NCBI GenBank assembly: GCA_000002445.1 | Contig: CH464491.1 | Location: forward strand, 3,328,001-3,392,000 | Length of the DNA stretch: 64,000 bases | Reading direction: 5' to 3' | Origin: Trypanosoma brucei | Lineage: Eukaryota | Notes under the pieces: generated by a model | Told to the model about the DNA's origin: nothing | The model's database searches: none | Seen by the model: the letters and a program-made list of their open reading frames with translations, nothing else | Program-made: the position numbers and the translations under genes | Shown: one piece after another, positions 33,574-45,500 of the stretch | Layout of the letters: the number at the start of each line of letters is the position of its first letter | Numbering within the stretch: the stretch's first letter is position 1

Positions 33574-34372
33574 CGTTAGCACTGTCCTTGTTTCTCTTCT
33601 CTTGATGTGTTTTCAATATACGACAGAGCAGCTAATGGAATGAATGAAGAGAAAGCTTGCACACAAGAGGCATATTGAGTAGTGAAGTAGCGAAACAGTG
33701 GAAAGAAGTGGACATCCCAACCAACGCGCACAATACATTGCCATCGTGTAACTATCAGCACAAAAAGGGTAGTCGCAATAATTGCAACCGTCCCTCCACT
33801 ATGGCATTACGAAATGGAAAAACTAAAACAAGTCAAAGGGAAAAACAATGGGAACCTGACAGGTGCAAAAGTGCAAAATGGTATGCCTCTTACACATTTC
33901 CCTTTCACCACCCTCACACATAGAAACTGCCATCAAGCATAGCGTGTAAATATTTGTCAGGTGAGGGCACTCTAAGCACTAATATTGAAATCAATTGTCC
34001 ACCAAAGGTAAAAAGACAAGAAAGGCATTTACTAAAGCGGACACATTCTCTCCCATCTATATCTATTTACATAGGTGTATATCTATTTCCGGATTTACCC
34101 ACGTTCGTACTTCCGTACGCACGCAGGTTCTCGTGTATGCCTATGTACGATTCTATGTGTTTGCATGCAGGCGTATGGAGGCATACGTGCTGCTGCCCAC
34201 AAGCTCATTTCCTTGTTATGATATCTGTTAAAAACAACAGCCAGTACTCCAAGGAGGTGCAGTCGCTGACCTTACCAGAGTAACAGATATCTAACTCAAT
34301 GAAAGTAAAGGGCATCAGCCCCATACTTCACAGTTCCCCTTACATACGGGCACGCACCAACGATAACATCCC

Positions 34373-35386
34373 CTAGAAATCTGCGTCCAGAGAGAAAACC
34401 TTTGACGACCTTTCGGAACTCATCACACCAGCCTTCTGATACTCACCAACCTTCTTCTCGAAAAAGTTAGTTTTCCCCTGAAGAGAAATCATATCCATGA
34501 AGTCAAATGGGTTCTTCGAGTTGTAATGACGGTCGTACCCCAAGGACACCAGGAGCCGATCGGCGACAAACTCAATGTACTGAGTCATCAGCTGAGAATT
34601 CATTCCAATTAAGCGGACAGGTAATGCATCGCAAATGAACTCTCGCTCAATTGATACTGCATTGCATATAATTTCAAGCACACGATCCCTCGGCAGCTTG
34701 TTTACGATATACTTCTCGTATAATAGGCAAGCAAAGTCAGTGTGCAGACCCTCATCACGTGAAATCAGCTCGTTGCTGAAGGTGAGCCCGGGCATCAAGC
34801 CACGCTTCTTTAACCAAAAAATGGCGCAGAACGAGCCAGAGAAAAATATGCCTTCGACAGCCGCAAACGCGACGAGCCGCGTAGGGAACGAAGTCTGACT
34901 GCCAATCCATTCAATCGCCCATTTGGCCTTTTTCTCAATACACGGAATCGTCCTTATGGCATGTAGCAGTCGTTGCTTTTCGTCGGGATCCACAACATAC
35001 GTATCGATCAACACGGAGTATGTCTCAGAATGGATATTTTCCATAGCAATCTGGAACCCATAGAAACATCGAACTTCAGGTACCTGCACTTCGCACATGA
35101 ACCGTTGCACAAAGTTCTCCAGCACAATGCCATCCCTTGCCGCGAAGAAAGCCAACACATGTTTGATGAAGTGTCGCTCGCCGTCGTCCAGCTTCTCCCA
35201 ATCTGTCATGTCATTCCCAAGATAAATGTTTTCCATCGCCCAGAAGTTGGAACGTGCCTTCTTGTACTTCTGCCATATGTCAGGGTACTTGATAGGGAAG
35301 ATAACGTAGCGGTCGGGGTTTTCTGTCAGAAGTGGCTCCTCCACCTCCCCTTCCTTACGCGAGCGCTTGTGAGATTTGGGTGGCAT
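34373..35386 (-). CDS. RNR2: ribonucleoside-diphosphate reductase small chain (R2), copy 5 (upstream edge copy, divergent N-terminal region)
   Basis: The ORF is full length. Within the first ~110 codons it carries clustered differences ([16 protein letters not shown] versus [16 protein letters not shown], and [16 protein letters not shown] versus [16 protein letters not shown]). The rest is identical to the other copies. Confidence 0.8.
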   Translation of the reverse strand: MPPKSHKRSRKEGEVEEPLLTENPDRYVIFPIKYPDIWQKYKKARSNFWAMENIYLGNDMTDWEKLDDGERHFIKHVLAFFAARDGIVLENFVQRFMCEVQVPEVRCFYGFQIAMENIHSETYSVLIDTYVVDPDEKQRLLHAIRTIPCIEKKAKWAIEWIGSQTSFPTRLVAFAAVEGIFFSGSFCAIFWLKKRGLMPGLTFSNELISRDEGLHTDFACLLYEKYIVNKLPRDRVLEIICNAVSIEREFICDALPVRLIGMNSQLMTQYIEFVADRLLVSLGYDRHYNSKNPFDFMDMISLQGKTNFFEKKVGEYQKAGVMSSERSSKVFSLDADF

Positions 35387-35978
35387 CGTTAGCACTGTCC
35401 TTGTTTCTCTTCTCTTGATGTGTTTTCAATATACGACAGAGCAGCTAATGGAATGAATGAAGAGAAAGCTTGCACACAAGAGGCATATTGCTTTCTAAGT
35501 GCTGTTATCACATTTGACAATCCTGTCTAAAAAACATTACTGTTTCTGTTTTTTGCTTCTTTAAAGTTAATTGTTCGTAGAGGTTCTAGGTAAGGTCGAT
35601 AGTTGCTCTTGGGGAAAGCGCGTTGGCAACAGCAACGAAAAAAAAAACTCATGTTGTCCACTTTACCGAGTGGAAAGGTCGCAACAGATCCATGCAACAA
35701 ACTGTAGCATTAACTCACATTAGTGGAGAGCCGCAGCGCTTCATGCACTGGGGAGAAGGCAAACTAGTGTAGCTGCCCCAACATCTACTGAATATGTATT
35801 ACTGTTTGCTTTACCACTGTGAAGTCTGACCATCTTCCAGCAGATATCAGTAGACCGTAATGCCATGAAGACATCGACTAGCACACGTTTCGTTGGAACC
35901 TCATCAGCGCGACACTCATGGAGGAGGAACAAGCCAACTCGCGCAAACTCAAAGAATAGGGACCTGTGAAGAGTTGGC

Positions 35979-36005
35979 ACCACACACACACACACACACA
36001 CACAC
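35979..36005. repeat. (CA)n microsatellite
   Basis: Visible in the sequence. Confidence 0.95.
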
Positions 36006-36323
36006 GCTGCTGAAATCGTAGAAGGATTATGTGGCTGACCCGCCCTTACAGCAGCCTAAGTAATAAAAAGTAGTGGCTAACGCTTCATGATGTAACTGGA
36101 AAGTGTGCGGGCAACAAACCCTGAAGGAGGAAAAAGTGGGACAAGCAATAACACCAATTGGACATGAGGAAGCAAGGTGAGCTGAAGCTCGCTACACAGC
36201 GACATAAGTGAATGTAGCCGCACGCAAGGATGTACCGGCGGCACTGCCCGCATGCCGCTGTTCCCTGCGCTGAAGGAACAATTGTGGGGAGGGCGCTGTT
36301 GTACAGCAGTTTATGTACGAATA

Positions 36324-38660
36324 TCACCCAATTGAACTCTTACGATGCTCTTGTAGTGCGGATACCAGTGAAACGTATTGTTGCTCTGCAACCTCCTTAC
36401 TCATCCCTTTAACCCTGCACCATGCATCCCACTTAGCGCGTCCAACCACATCGGTTAACCACGGTCTCGAAATATTGATATCGCCAACGGTAGCCTGCTT
36501 GTACAAGGCATAAATGTTCAGTTTCATGTCGTTGCTTACCATACCTACGATTCTGGCAAAGGCTTGTTGCGCCGCCGCAAATGCCGTTTCTGGGTTTTGC
36601 ACGGCAGCTCTATTACCCGTTGTGTTAAAATCGGAGGTGCTTTTCTCACCAACGTCGGTAGTGGTAAAAACTTCGTGGCGCTGACGATGAAGTATGGAGT
36701 GCAGTGTGGGACACGGTGAACAGCCACCCATTAGCCGATATACCATATCCCTCGAAAATCCCAGTGGCGTGCCATCCTCACAATCCTTTAAACCATCAAA
36801 GATATCACAGCACATAACAAGCCAATCCGCCAATGCTCGTTCAGCTTCATCACGAGCTCTGGCATCAACAGACACTTGTTGCGTGGCCCATAGCTTTTCT
36901 GCACCAAGCAGCACTGACTCAACTAACCCAAAGTACAACATCTCCGCTCTTGAGCTAAACTTCTTCAGCGGAGTAGACGGTGTGGCCATCAACCATAACA
37001 CACTGAAGCGCTCTGCTTCACTGGCTGGTGGTGAAGCTACGTACCGCCGGAGCGCCGCTTGCTCACCCGACGCGCTTGCTAGCAAAACCCTCAGCTTCTC
37101 ACACATCATTAGTAGCAGCGGGCCATTTTGGGGGAATGAAGCTGCCACAGCCCCCGCTACCAACGCCGCCACAAATGTCACAGGCATGTCACCCACAGTT
37201 TGAGTTTCATCAATGGCCTCCACAAGAGGTAAAAATTTTTGAACCGTACACTCAAGCGAGACTAACTGCAACAAGAGGAAAAGGTGCACGCTGTGGAGTG
37301 ACGCTGCGGTCGGAACGGTGGCAGGTACGTCACCGTGCCGTAACGCAGGGCTGTAGCCGCCCACGATATCGGGACCATGCTGCTCGAGCTTCAACAATGT
37401 TGAGCGGCGAAAATCTACCCAAAGAAGGATGAAAGCAAGCTTTTGGGGATCTTGCACTGGGCAGGAAAGGTAAAAATGCGGCTGTAACGGTAATTGGCAC
37501 TGGCGCATACGTTTTTCGCTAGCCTCGACGCAACCGCAACCACCGCCTCTGGTGTCATCTGGCTGCTCGCCTGTGCCAGCAGTAGTCAATCTGCCGTTGT
37601 CACCTACTGAAAGGGGGGTTTCACCACAAAAAACAGGTAGTAGCAACCCATCGAAAACCTCCAAAACGTCAAACAGTGTAGCTATATTGCCGTTGCATAC
37701 ATCATACATGACAGTTGAATCCACCAAAATGCTGGAGAGGGGTTGAGTATCGTTACGTCGTGCAGCATTGCTTAACCTAGCAATGCGCTCGGTGAAACAG
37801 CCCTCGGGTAGGGAGACCAGCTCAGCGTTATCGCTGCCTTTAGAGCCACCTCGCGCTCTACCTCTACGGCAGCCACAGTGGCGGTCACCACGATGACGAG
37901 TCCCCTCCCACACGAGACGCAGAAGTAGCGGGCGTAAGGCTTCCGACACACAGGACAGTCTGAACGGCCATTTCACTCCCTTGCATTCAGAACTCAAGCC
38001 CAACGCACCAACATTTTCTCCATTGCTTGTGTTGCAGCTGTCGTTATTCCCTCCGTCACGAAGTGGTGATCTCTCTGAGTTAGCTCCAAAAACAACAAAA
38101 GCACCAGCAAACTCGCGCCTGATCTGGCATCTTGCGTCGCGGTCACCCAAGTTTAGTTGGCCCTGCGACTTTTCGACGCCCCCAGCCATGGTAACTCCCA
38201 AAGCATCGCTGCCACACGAAGGAGCAACCGGCAGCGATGAAATACGGCCAGATTGCTCCTCAACGTCATGGTATTCACAAGGTGTGCCGATAGCGCTTCC
38301 ACACGAAACGCTGTCAAGTACAACCCCTCCATATGTTCGGTGAAATGTCACAATTGCTTCAACCACCTCTTGCCGCAGCAAAACAATGGCGAGGTGGAGT
38401 GGAAACCATTCGTCGATTCCGACCTCGTCTTGATTCTCCAAGTCCACAGGCTCGGTGTCAGGATCGTCCATAAGACTAACGTATACTAAAAGAGGGTTGT
38501 ACACACGGCATGCGGCTTCATAAATGCATCCCTTGAGACTCACCTCGCGCAAACGCTGAAGCAAATCATCAAGAAACTCCGCAGGATCAGCGGGCACGCC
38601 GTCAGTTACTTCAAGAAGAAATGTTACTGGTTCCCCCAAATGCTCCGCTTTGCTCCACAT
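36324..38660 (-). CDS. 778-aa protein with C-terminal acyl-CoA-binding (ACBP) domain
   Basis: The ATG at 38658-38660 was verified. The C-terminal ~85 aa (about 36324-36600) match ACBP: YKQATVGDIN is identical to bovine ACBP, along with AKWDAW and KG.SKE.A...Y. The upstream ~690 aa are unrecognised. Confidence 0.7.
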   Translation of the reverse strand: MWSKAEHLGEPVTFLLEVTDGVPADPAEFLDDLLQRLREVSLKGCIYEAACRVYNPLLVYVSLMDDPDTEPVDLENQDEVGIDEWFPLHLAIVLLRQEVVEAIVTFHRTYGGVVLDSVSCGSAIGTPCEYHDVEEQSGRISSLPVAPSCGSDALGVTMAGGVEKSQGQLNLGDRDARCQIRREFAGAFVVFGANSERSPLRDGGNNDSCNTSNGENVGALGLSSECKGVKWPFRLSCVSEALRPLLLRLVWEGTRHRGDRHCGCRRGRARGGSKGSDNAELVSLPEGCFTERIARLSNAARRNDTQPLSSILVDSTVMYDVCNGNIATLFDVLEVFDGLLLPVFCGETPLSVGDNGRLTTAGTGEQPDDTRGGGCGCVEASEKRMRQCQLPLQPHFYLSCPVQDPQKLAFILLWVDFRRSTLLKLEQHGPDIVGGYSPALRHGDVPATVPTAASLHSVHLFLLLQLVSLECTVQKFLPLVEAIDETQTVGDMPVTFVAALVAGAVAASFPQNGPLLLMMCEKLRVLLASASGEQAALRRYVASPPASEAERFSVLWLMATPSTPLKKFSSRAEMLYFGLVESVLLGAEKLWATQQVSVDARARDEAERALADWLVMCCDIFDGLKDCEDGTPLGFSRDMVYRLMGGCSPCPTLHSILHRQRHEVFTTTDVGEKSTSDFNTTGNRAAVQNPETAFAAAQQAFARIVGMVSNDMKLNIYALYKQATVGDINISRPWLTDVVGRAKWDAWCRVKGMSKEVAEQQYVSLVSALQEHRKSSIG

Positions 38661-39599
38661 CGCCCGCTAAAGCAACGGCCACTAAAGAGTCCCTTTCTAT
38701 TTTCTTCTCGCGTTATATGTTACCTCCGTCTTCGTGCACAGATGAAGATGAAAACGAAGGTGGACAAAAAGTTAAAAAAGGTGTATACAGGCAAAATAAA
38801 CGCATATGTATATAGCGCGGACTTAGCAACGAGGTTGCACCACTGCCACATACTGTCTCTGCGCTAAGGGGCGCCAGGGGCCGCTCACGGCATTATTGTA
38901 CCATGGGCGAAGCAACAACAAACTTTTTGGCGCACGCGGGAGCCCTCGGGAGCAAAGCCCAGAGTCCCCCCTCTATCTCTAGCTTCATATGCACATATCG
39001 GCTGCATTTCCCGAAGAAACCCAACAAGAGTTGCCATGGGTAGAAAATCAAAAGAAGCGAACGGGAAACAAGGGCCTTAGGTTTGGCAGTAGGGCAAGTA
39101 CCCTCCCTCACGGCCTACAACGGATTATTAGATCTGAAGGAATATACATCTATCCTCGTGAACAGGTTGATATGCACAAACATAATACAACGAGAGGGGA
39201 GAGGGGATTATGAAAATTAAAAAGGTGATCACTTCATCGGAAGTGAAAAAAAGCACCCTCTTCGCATGGCCACACCTTTCGTATGCAACTCTAAGGCGAC
39301 GACAATTCATGAAAACGCTGAAGGGGTAATATACATACTGCGTAAACATGACAATGCACATTCAGTCTCACCTCCTGGACACTGAGGTGTAATCCTCCAA
39401 CAGCCCCCAGCCATGAACAACAGGCAGGTCCCAATTTCTCTGTTTGCCCGTGGTGTTTGCCCTACGCCCCCCTGATGTGGCGCACTTCCCACAGACAGGC
39501 TTCAACAACATTGACCCCGCATCCCACCAACCTATGGTTGGTTTTATCCCCATCCAACTGGTAGCGCGATCATCATTCCTTTGAAGTTTCACACAACAT

Positions 39600-42500
39600 C
39601 TATCTGACGACTTGCCCAGATCCGAACGCAGCTATGCGAGAAAACCAATCATGTAGACCCGGATTAAACGATGACATCCCATGTCCGTCATTGCTGGTCA
39701 CTGCCATCAAAAACCGTACGACATCCACGGTAACCGCGCAACGCGGCATCAGCATTTGAACATTCCGCTCCATCAACGCATCGTCAACGACGGCACGTGG
39801 TATTATCGATGCAACAATCATCTGAATAAAATCAGCAACAAGTTTTGATTTAGCCTCGTCTACAGGCGATACCTCATCGGATTCGTCACACCCATCGTCC
39901 GCACCCTTCTCTTTGTAACCCGGAGCGGTGCCGGACGCAACCTTGTCAGTCGCACCGGCACCAACAATGGCGGCTCGTCCACCCCAAGGGTTTCCGTGGT
40001 TCCCACTGGCACCAACAGCTCCACTGTTGTTGCCGAACGGAGTAGCGTTAAGATTCGAAGCTCCGCTGAGGAGCCCTTCAACAGTCATCGGCGCGCGCAT
40101 TGCTTTCCTTCCCGTGGTAGGTGGTGCTAGCTTCGTGAATAGCACTGACAAAACTTCATTTAGCTGCTGTGTAAGGGCGGCACCGGCGGCAATGTCCTCT
40201 TCATCCACGGCACCTTCCACGCCCGGGGGCGCTTTGGCCAAGGGCAGCGACGGTGCCGGACTTTGCATAAGGAGCAACGTGTGAGCTGCTTGGGCTTGCA
40301 GTTGCCTCATCTCCGCAACGGGGCAGTCAAACACCACACACTGCGTACTATTCCACATGTTGAAAATGGAACCGGCGTCCACCCAACGTGGCCCTTCACC
40401 GGTTGAAGCAGCAAGCGAGTGCGTCATACCTTTATTCGTCGCACGTGCAGTCTTCTTAGTTGGGTGGTAGGGTTTCTCGGCAACCGAAGGGGGCTGCGTT
40501 GCGGCTGGATCGTTGGCAGGGGAGACGACGAGCACAAACTTGAGAGTTGACACCGGTTCAGCCTGTTTGCAAGCTGCACCGCCACCATTGGCACCTTGCC
40601 CACAGCGGGGCGAGGCGGCGCGAATACTCATGTTTTCGTTGTAAGCAACAGGATCAGCGCTCGCCGACTCGTACTGGAAAGTATTGCAAATGACAGTGTT
40701 GGCGCGTGGCACGTGGAGCTGCTGGAGCGTTTGGGGAGACAATAACGAGGGAAGCGCATCTATTATGACAGGTGGCAAAAACCCAGCAGGCGACGCGTTG
40801 TCATCCCCTATTACTGTAGCCGTAGATGCACCAGTACGTTGCGTCCTGAAAGCACCACCGGGACGGGTGGCAGAAGAAGCCTGCTGCTTCAGAATTGACT
40901 CCAACGCCCCTTCGCTGTGCCACAGGTAACTGCAGCTCAGAGGGGCGGTTCTGGTCTGGAGAAACGAGCGGACATGTTGCAGGGCGAGCTCAAGATCTAG
41001 TGACTCCTGTGGTGGGAGCAAGCAGTCTAGTGAACGCTCTCGATGAAGAGCGGCAAACGCAGAAACGACCGCAGGGAGTGACACATTGTTTCTCTGAGCT
41101 GCTCGCTCTCGGTCATCACGCGTCCGCGGATGACTGGGCCCACTCGGAGGTAAAGAACCTCCCCCTCCAGCAGCGTTATCCCACCCTGGACCTTCTTTCT
41201 CCATAACATTCCCCACATTGCGCTGTTGATAATGAATGTAGGCAGTGACACTCTCAGCAAATACAACGTCAGTCCCCAGCGAAATAGCGTCATCTCCGTA
41301 CAGCGAAAACACACTTGTACCGCTGAAGACATGAAATTTCATGTCGGCGACAAGTTTGGCAAGCACTGCACAGTTGGCAGCAACAATGCAAAACGCTCGG
41401 CCCGCATGTGAAAACAAGGCTGAGAGCAATAGCAGCGCAACACGTAGTATATTATAGTCGTGGATACCAACCGATACCACCTGCTTTACGACAGACATGA
41501 GCAATCGAACGGGATTCTGTCGATACGGTTCGAGTGAAGCAATCATCTCCTCTTCGCTCGACATTTCGTGAGCCATCACAGTGACCGGCGCCCCACCCAT
41601 TGTTTCCCCTCCCTTTCGCTGCTGCTGCAAGGGGTTCTCTTCTTGCCTTGCTGTGATAAGCGAGGGGTTCCGCAGGCAGAGAAGGCGGGCCAACATAAAG
41701 TGACTTTCAATGAGTGCAGTGGGATGTGCTGCTGTGTCGTAACGCGATGCGACGGATAAAATGACGTCCTGCAGCAGATGTTCCGCTTGGTCAAGTAAAC
41801 CCACTCGAATGTGCTCCTCAGCCAGGGTATTCACTGCCCTATGGACATAAACAGCATCCGTACTCCACGGCAAGGGGGCAAGCTGTTTCCATAAAACTTC
41901 GCGCCGGTTTTCTCTCTTCGTTACTTCCCTACTATCATCTTGCTTCCTCTCGTTGAAGCAAAAGGTAAGAGGAAGCAAACTATGTACCTGGCTGTACTCC
42001 TGCAGATTCAGTACAGCACCCTCCAGAAGGTCGATGGACGAGGTGGAACCCTTCTGGCTCTCTTTACATTGCTTTTCTCGCCTCAGGGCTTCAAGAGCCA
42101 GTATGGTCCAAGGGTGAAACAAATCCATGCGGCTGTCGCACACCAATGATCGAGAAACATCCAGCAATCCATTGAGAGTTTCCTCGGCATCACTTGCTGT
42201 CCCTGTGCGCATTGATATTGTGGCGCGGTACAAGGAAAAGACGCGTGCGCTGTATGAATCGCCGCACTGCTCGCATAGAGCGAGTGCGTGATCAACTACT
42301 TTCTGCGCTACCGAGTACTCCAGAAGGCGCACATGGTTCTGAGTCATGAGCTCATACACCTCGCACCAGAAATTGTGTGTACCCACTGTCCACAGGAAGG
42401 ATGGCACATGAGGTATATTGCAGACAAACGACCCGCCATTCTCAAAAGATCTCACGAGACCCTTCAACAACCCAAGTGCTTTCATAGACTCCCCACGTAC

Positions 42501-45500
42501 GGTATATATCCTCGATAGTAAACGCTCAGATGTGCATCGAGTGTAAGTGTCTTCTACTTCACGCCAACGTTTTGCGTTTCCACCGTCCGGTAAACGCGAA
42601 GAAGGCGGGGCGGAGTCACGCGGCACACTCTTCCTACCACGCAAGACAAATGCATTGCCGTCCCCGACAGTACTCGTTGAGTTGCCCGATTGCCGCGGGT
42701 GCTGCTGTCGCTCGCCCTGCCGCTGCTGCTGCACCTTCTGTAGTCGGGCTAGGATGACCTGAAGAATCTGCTCCGCAGCATTTAGAGCCTCACGACAAGC
42801 GCTGTTATTGTACGTGAGATTCATCGGGCGCTGACTCCCACGGGAACGCATCGCACGGCGGTCAGCCCCTGTTGTCGTGCCGGACGCTGGGGGCTGCGAT
42901 TGACCACCGAGGCTTCCCCAAACGTAAGCAGCTTCCTTTCCCCCAAGGACAACAAGGCACTCCGCCAGAGTGAGCTCTACACGTTGTGACAGCCGTTTTC
43001 CGTAGTACGCCGCAACCGGTTCTGGAAGACCAGAGGCCCCCGACATCAGTGAAGAAACGGTTTGCCCCACGGACGCTCCTGCTGCATCCGCTGCTGGGCG
43101 ATCATCAGACCCTGGGGAAGTAAAGCACTGCGTAATGAAAACCTGAATGCACGCCACGTTTCCAGGGCTCGTGGGGAGTTCGGTATCGTTGTATAAACCA
43201 GATTGAGATGACTCCTCCTGATGCTGCTGCTGCTGGAGTGCTTGATTATTCGGTGCTTCAGCAGCCGGCTCCGCCTGCCGGCGAGACTGCGCGCCGGTAT
43301 CTGCGCCCTTTAAACCTTTAGTAGTTTTTAACGCCTCACTCCCAGAAGCGCACAGATCAAAACTCTCCAGTGCCACACACGGCACGCGCTTACCCTGACA
43401 CACATCGCGCAGTATGCCCATAGAGGCCCGGAAGTTACCACTGTATGCAGCTGCCTTTGCCTGCAGTAGTCGAATTTCCACCGTTAGCGGCACATGACGC
43501 GTGTAGGTTCGTGCTAGGTATTCCGCCAAGCAGGCAACCATAGCAGAATACACTGGAAATTTAAATTGTAATAGCTCCCACCCCAAAAATAGCAGATGAT
43601 GTATGATTTGCGGCATCAGTGTAGTTAATGGTTCACGAAGATGTGGCAAAACTATGATGTCCTCCAGTGCGAACCCACAAAAGTCACGCAAACATTGCGG
43701 CAGACCACTGCCTGAGGACTGCTCGAAGAGGCGCTCAAGAACACGGGCAGAAAGCAAGCACGCATCCACGGCACGTTTCTGTTGCTCCCGGTAAGTGTAC
43801 ATGGCGAGAGAAGTTAGTGAGAGAATGGCCAAAAGAATGCGAGGACACCCCACAGAGGCTGCTTGGAATTCGGACCACGTATCAACCGCAGTTGAGTTAC
43901 GTAAGCTCTCGGGCACACCAAGTGCCGCATCCACTGAATCTAACCAACACCTTTCCGCCTCATCGCGCTGACGATGCAGTATGTAAATACGACCCAGTTC
44001 ATAAAGCTCCTCTGCAAGGGGTCCAAACAGGCGGCGTTGACGGAGGTACGATATAAGATTATCGTACGACCCGGTGACGTCGTGCAGTGATGTGGGTCGT
44101 GACGCGCCGTTGGTGTCGTCAGCATTAGGAGGATTCGTACCACATACCACACTGTCATCCGCTCGTACCGTGGCGCGGGGGCGCGAAGTCTCCACAAGAA
44201 CATCTGACACAAGCGAACATTCATCAGCAGAGAAGTTGAAAGATGCGTTCGGCATGGACAAAACGGACATTTTGCTGTCACCCTGGGTACCCCATGAGGG
44301 CAGCAGCGTCCGACCCAGACGCTGCATAGCACGTGAATAGGCTTCTGTTTTGGTATACCTCCTCCATGTCCAACGCGCATTTCTGGATAGCGACTTTTGC
44401 CTCGACTCGTCCCGGTACACCTCTAAGAGTTTGTCCACAGTTTCCTTTGCAATAGGTTCCCCAATCATACACTGCACGTTCAGTACAAAAGGTAACAAAT
44501 GCCTCGAAAAGGAACCGCTTGTTAACTTCTGAACTTCCTCCGCAATTTGCAGGGACGCCAGTTGACAACTGAACTGTGCACATTTCAACAGAAACACCAG
44601 TTTGTCAATGGCTGTGCCCATAGGTATTGTGTAACCAAGACGCTTCGCGGCAAGCTCCATACCATTGGGGTCTTCGAAAGAAATTGGCTTCGTGATACAC
44701 CTCACGGTGCCAGCTTCCTCAGTCTTCTTCCTCCGCTTCTTCGACACTCTCGCCTCCCATTGCTGCCGCTGGACCACGGCCGTATCGTACGCGCACTTCC
44801 TTTCCTCAGCTTCTTGCTCAAGTAGGCTGCAGTCAACTTCCAACTCACGAAGGAAGTAACCCACATCCGGTATTACATCCACCCACATCTCCATCAACGA
44901 ACTCAACTGCAATGAGGACTGCCATTGAATCCTCGTACGCTCAAAACTCTCCCTCGCACATACCTCGTGTGTCTGATAAAGCAGCGAATGGCCCCTCTTC
45001 CGCTGTTCCACGTCACGAGCATGCTCAAGGTAAGCCTCTTCATATTGACCTGCGGGAGAGAAAAGGGAAAAAAGGGAGGGAACGCGTCCCTGAAATGGTA
45101 GCTGCTCATCCAGCAGCACATCGCGTCTGACTTTAACGGCATTCGGTTGTACGATCCCCAGGTCACGGCGATAGTCTACATACCCTTCCCATAGCAGAAG
45201 CAACGTTCTCTGCATCGTTTGTGCAAGGGGGCATATGTACGGTCCAAGGGCAACCAGCTTTTCGCGGGAACGAGGACCCGTGCGCATAACGGAAGCTCGT
45301 TGCTCCGTAGCTGAAAGTGTCCCCACAAATCGGTACAGGCGCGGATCAATGAAGCCGTCCGCGGCATCGCTAGAGTATGTCCCACCGCACGAAGGTGAAC
45401 CCCGGCCACCGGCGTCCTCAGCGAGTGTCTGCTGCGCGTCGTTCAGTGGCTGCACGTCTGCGGGATCGTCGCATACAAACGTGCGAATCCCGTCGACCGC

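Larger units (their letters stand above)
26655..35480 (-). repeat. head-to-tail tandem array of ribonucleotide reductase small-subunit genes, at least 5 units with a ~1.79-1.82-kb period
   Basis: Five near-identical 1014-bp CDSs plus ~790-bp spacers repeat directly. The array boundaries are where spacer homology ends, at about 26655 and about 35480. Confidence 0.9.
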
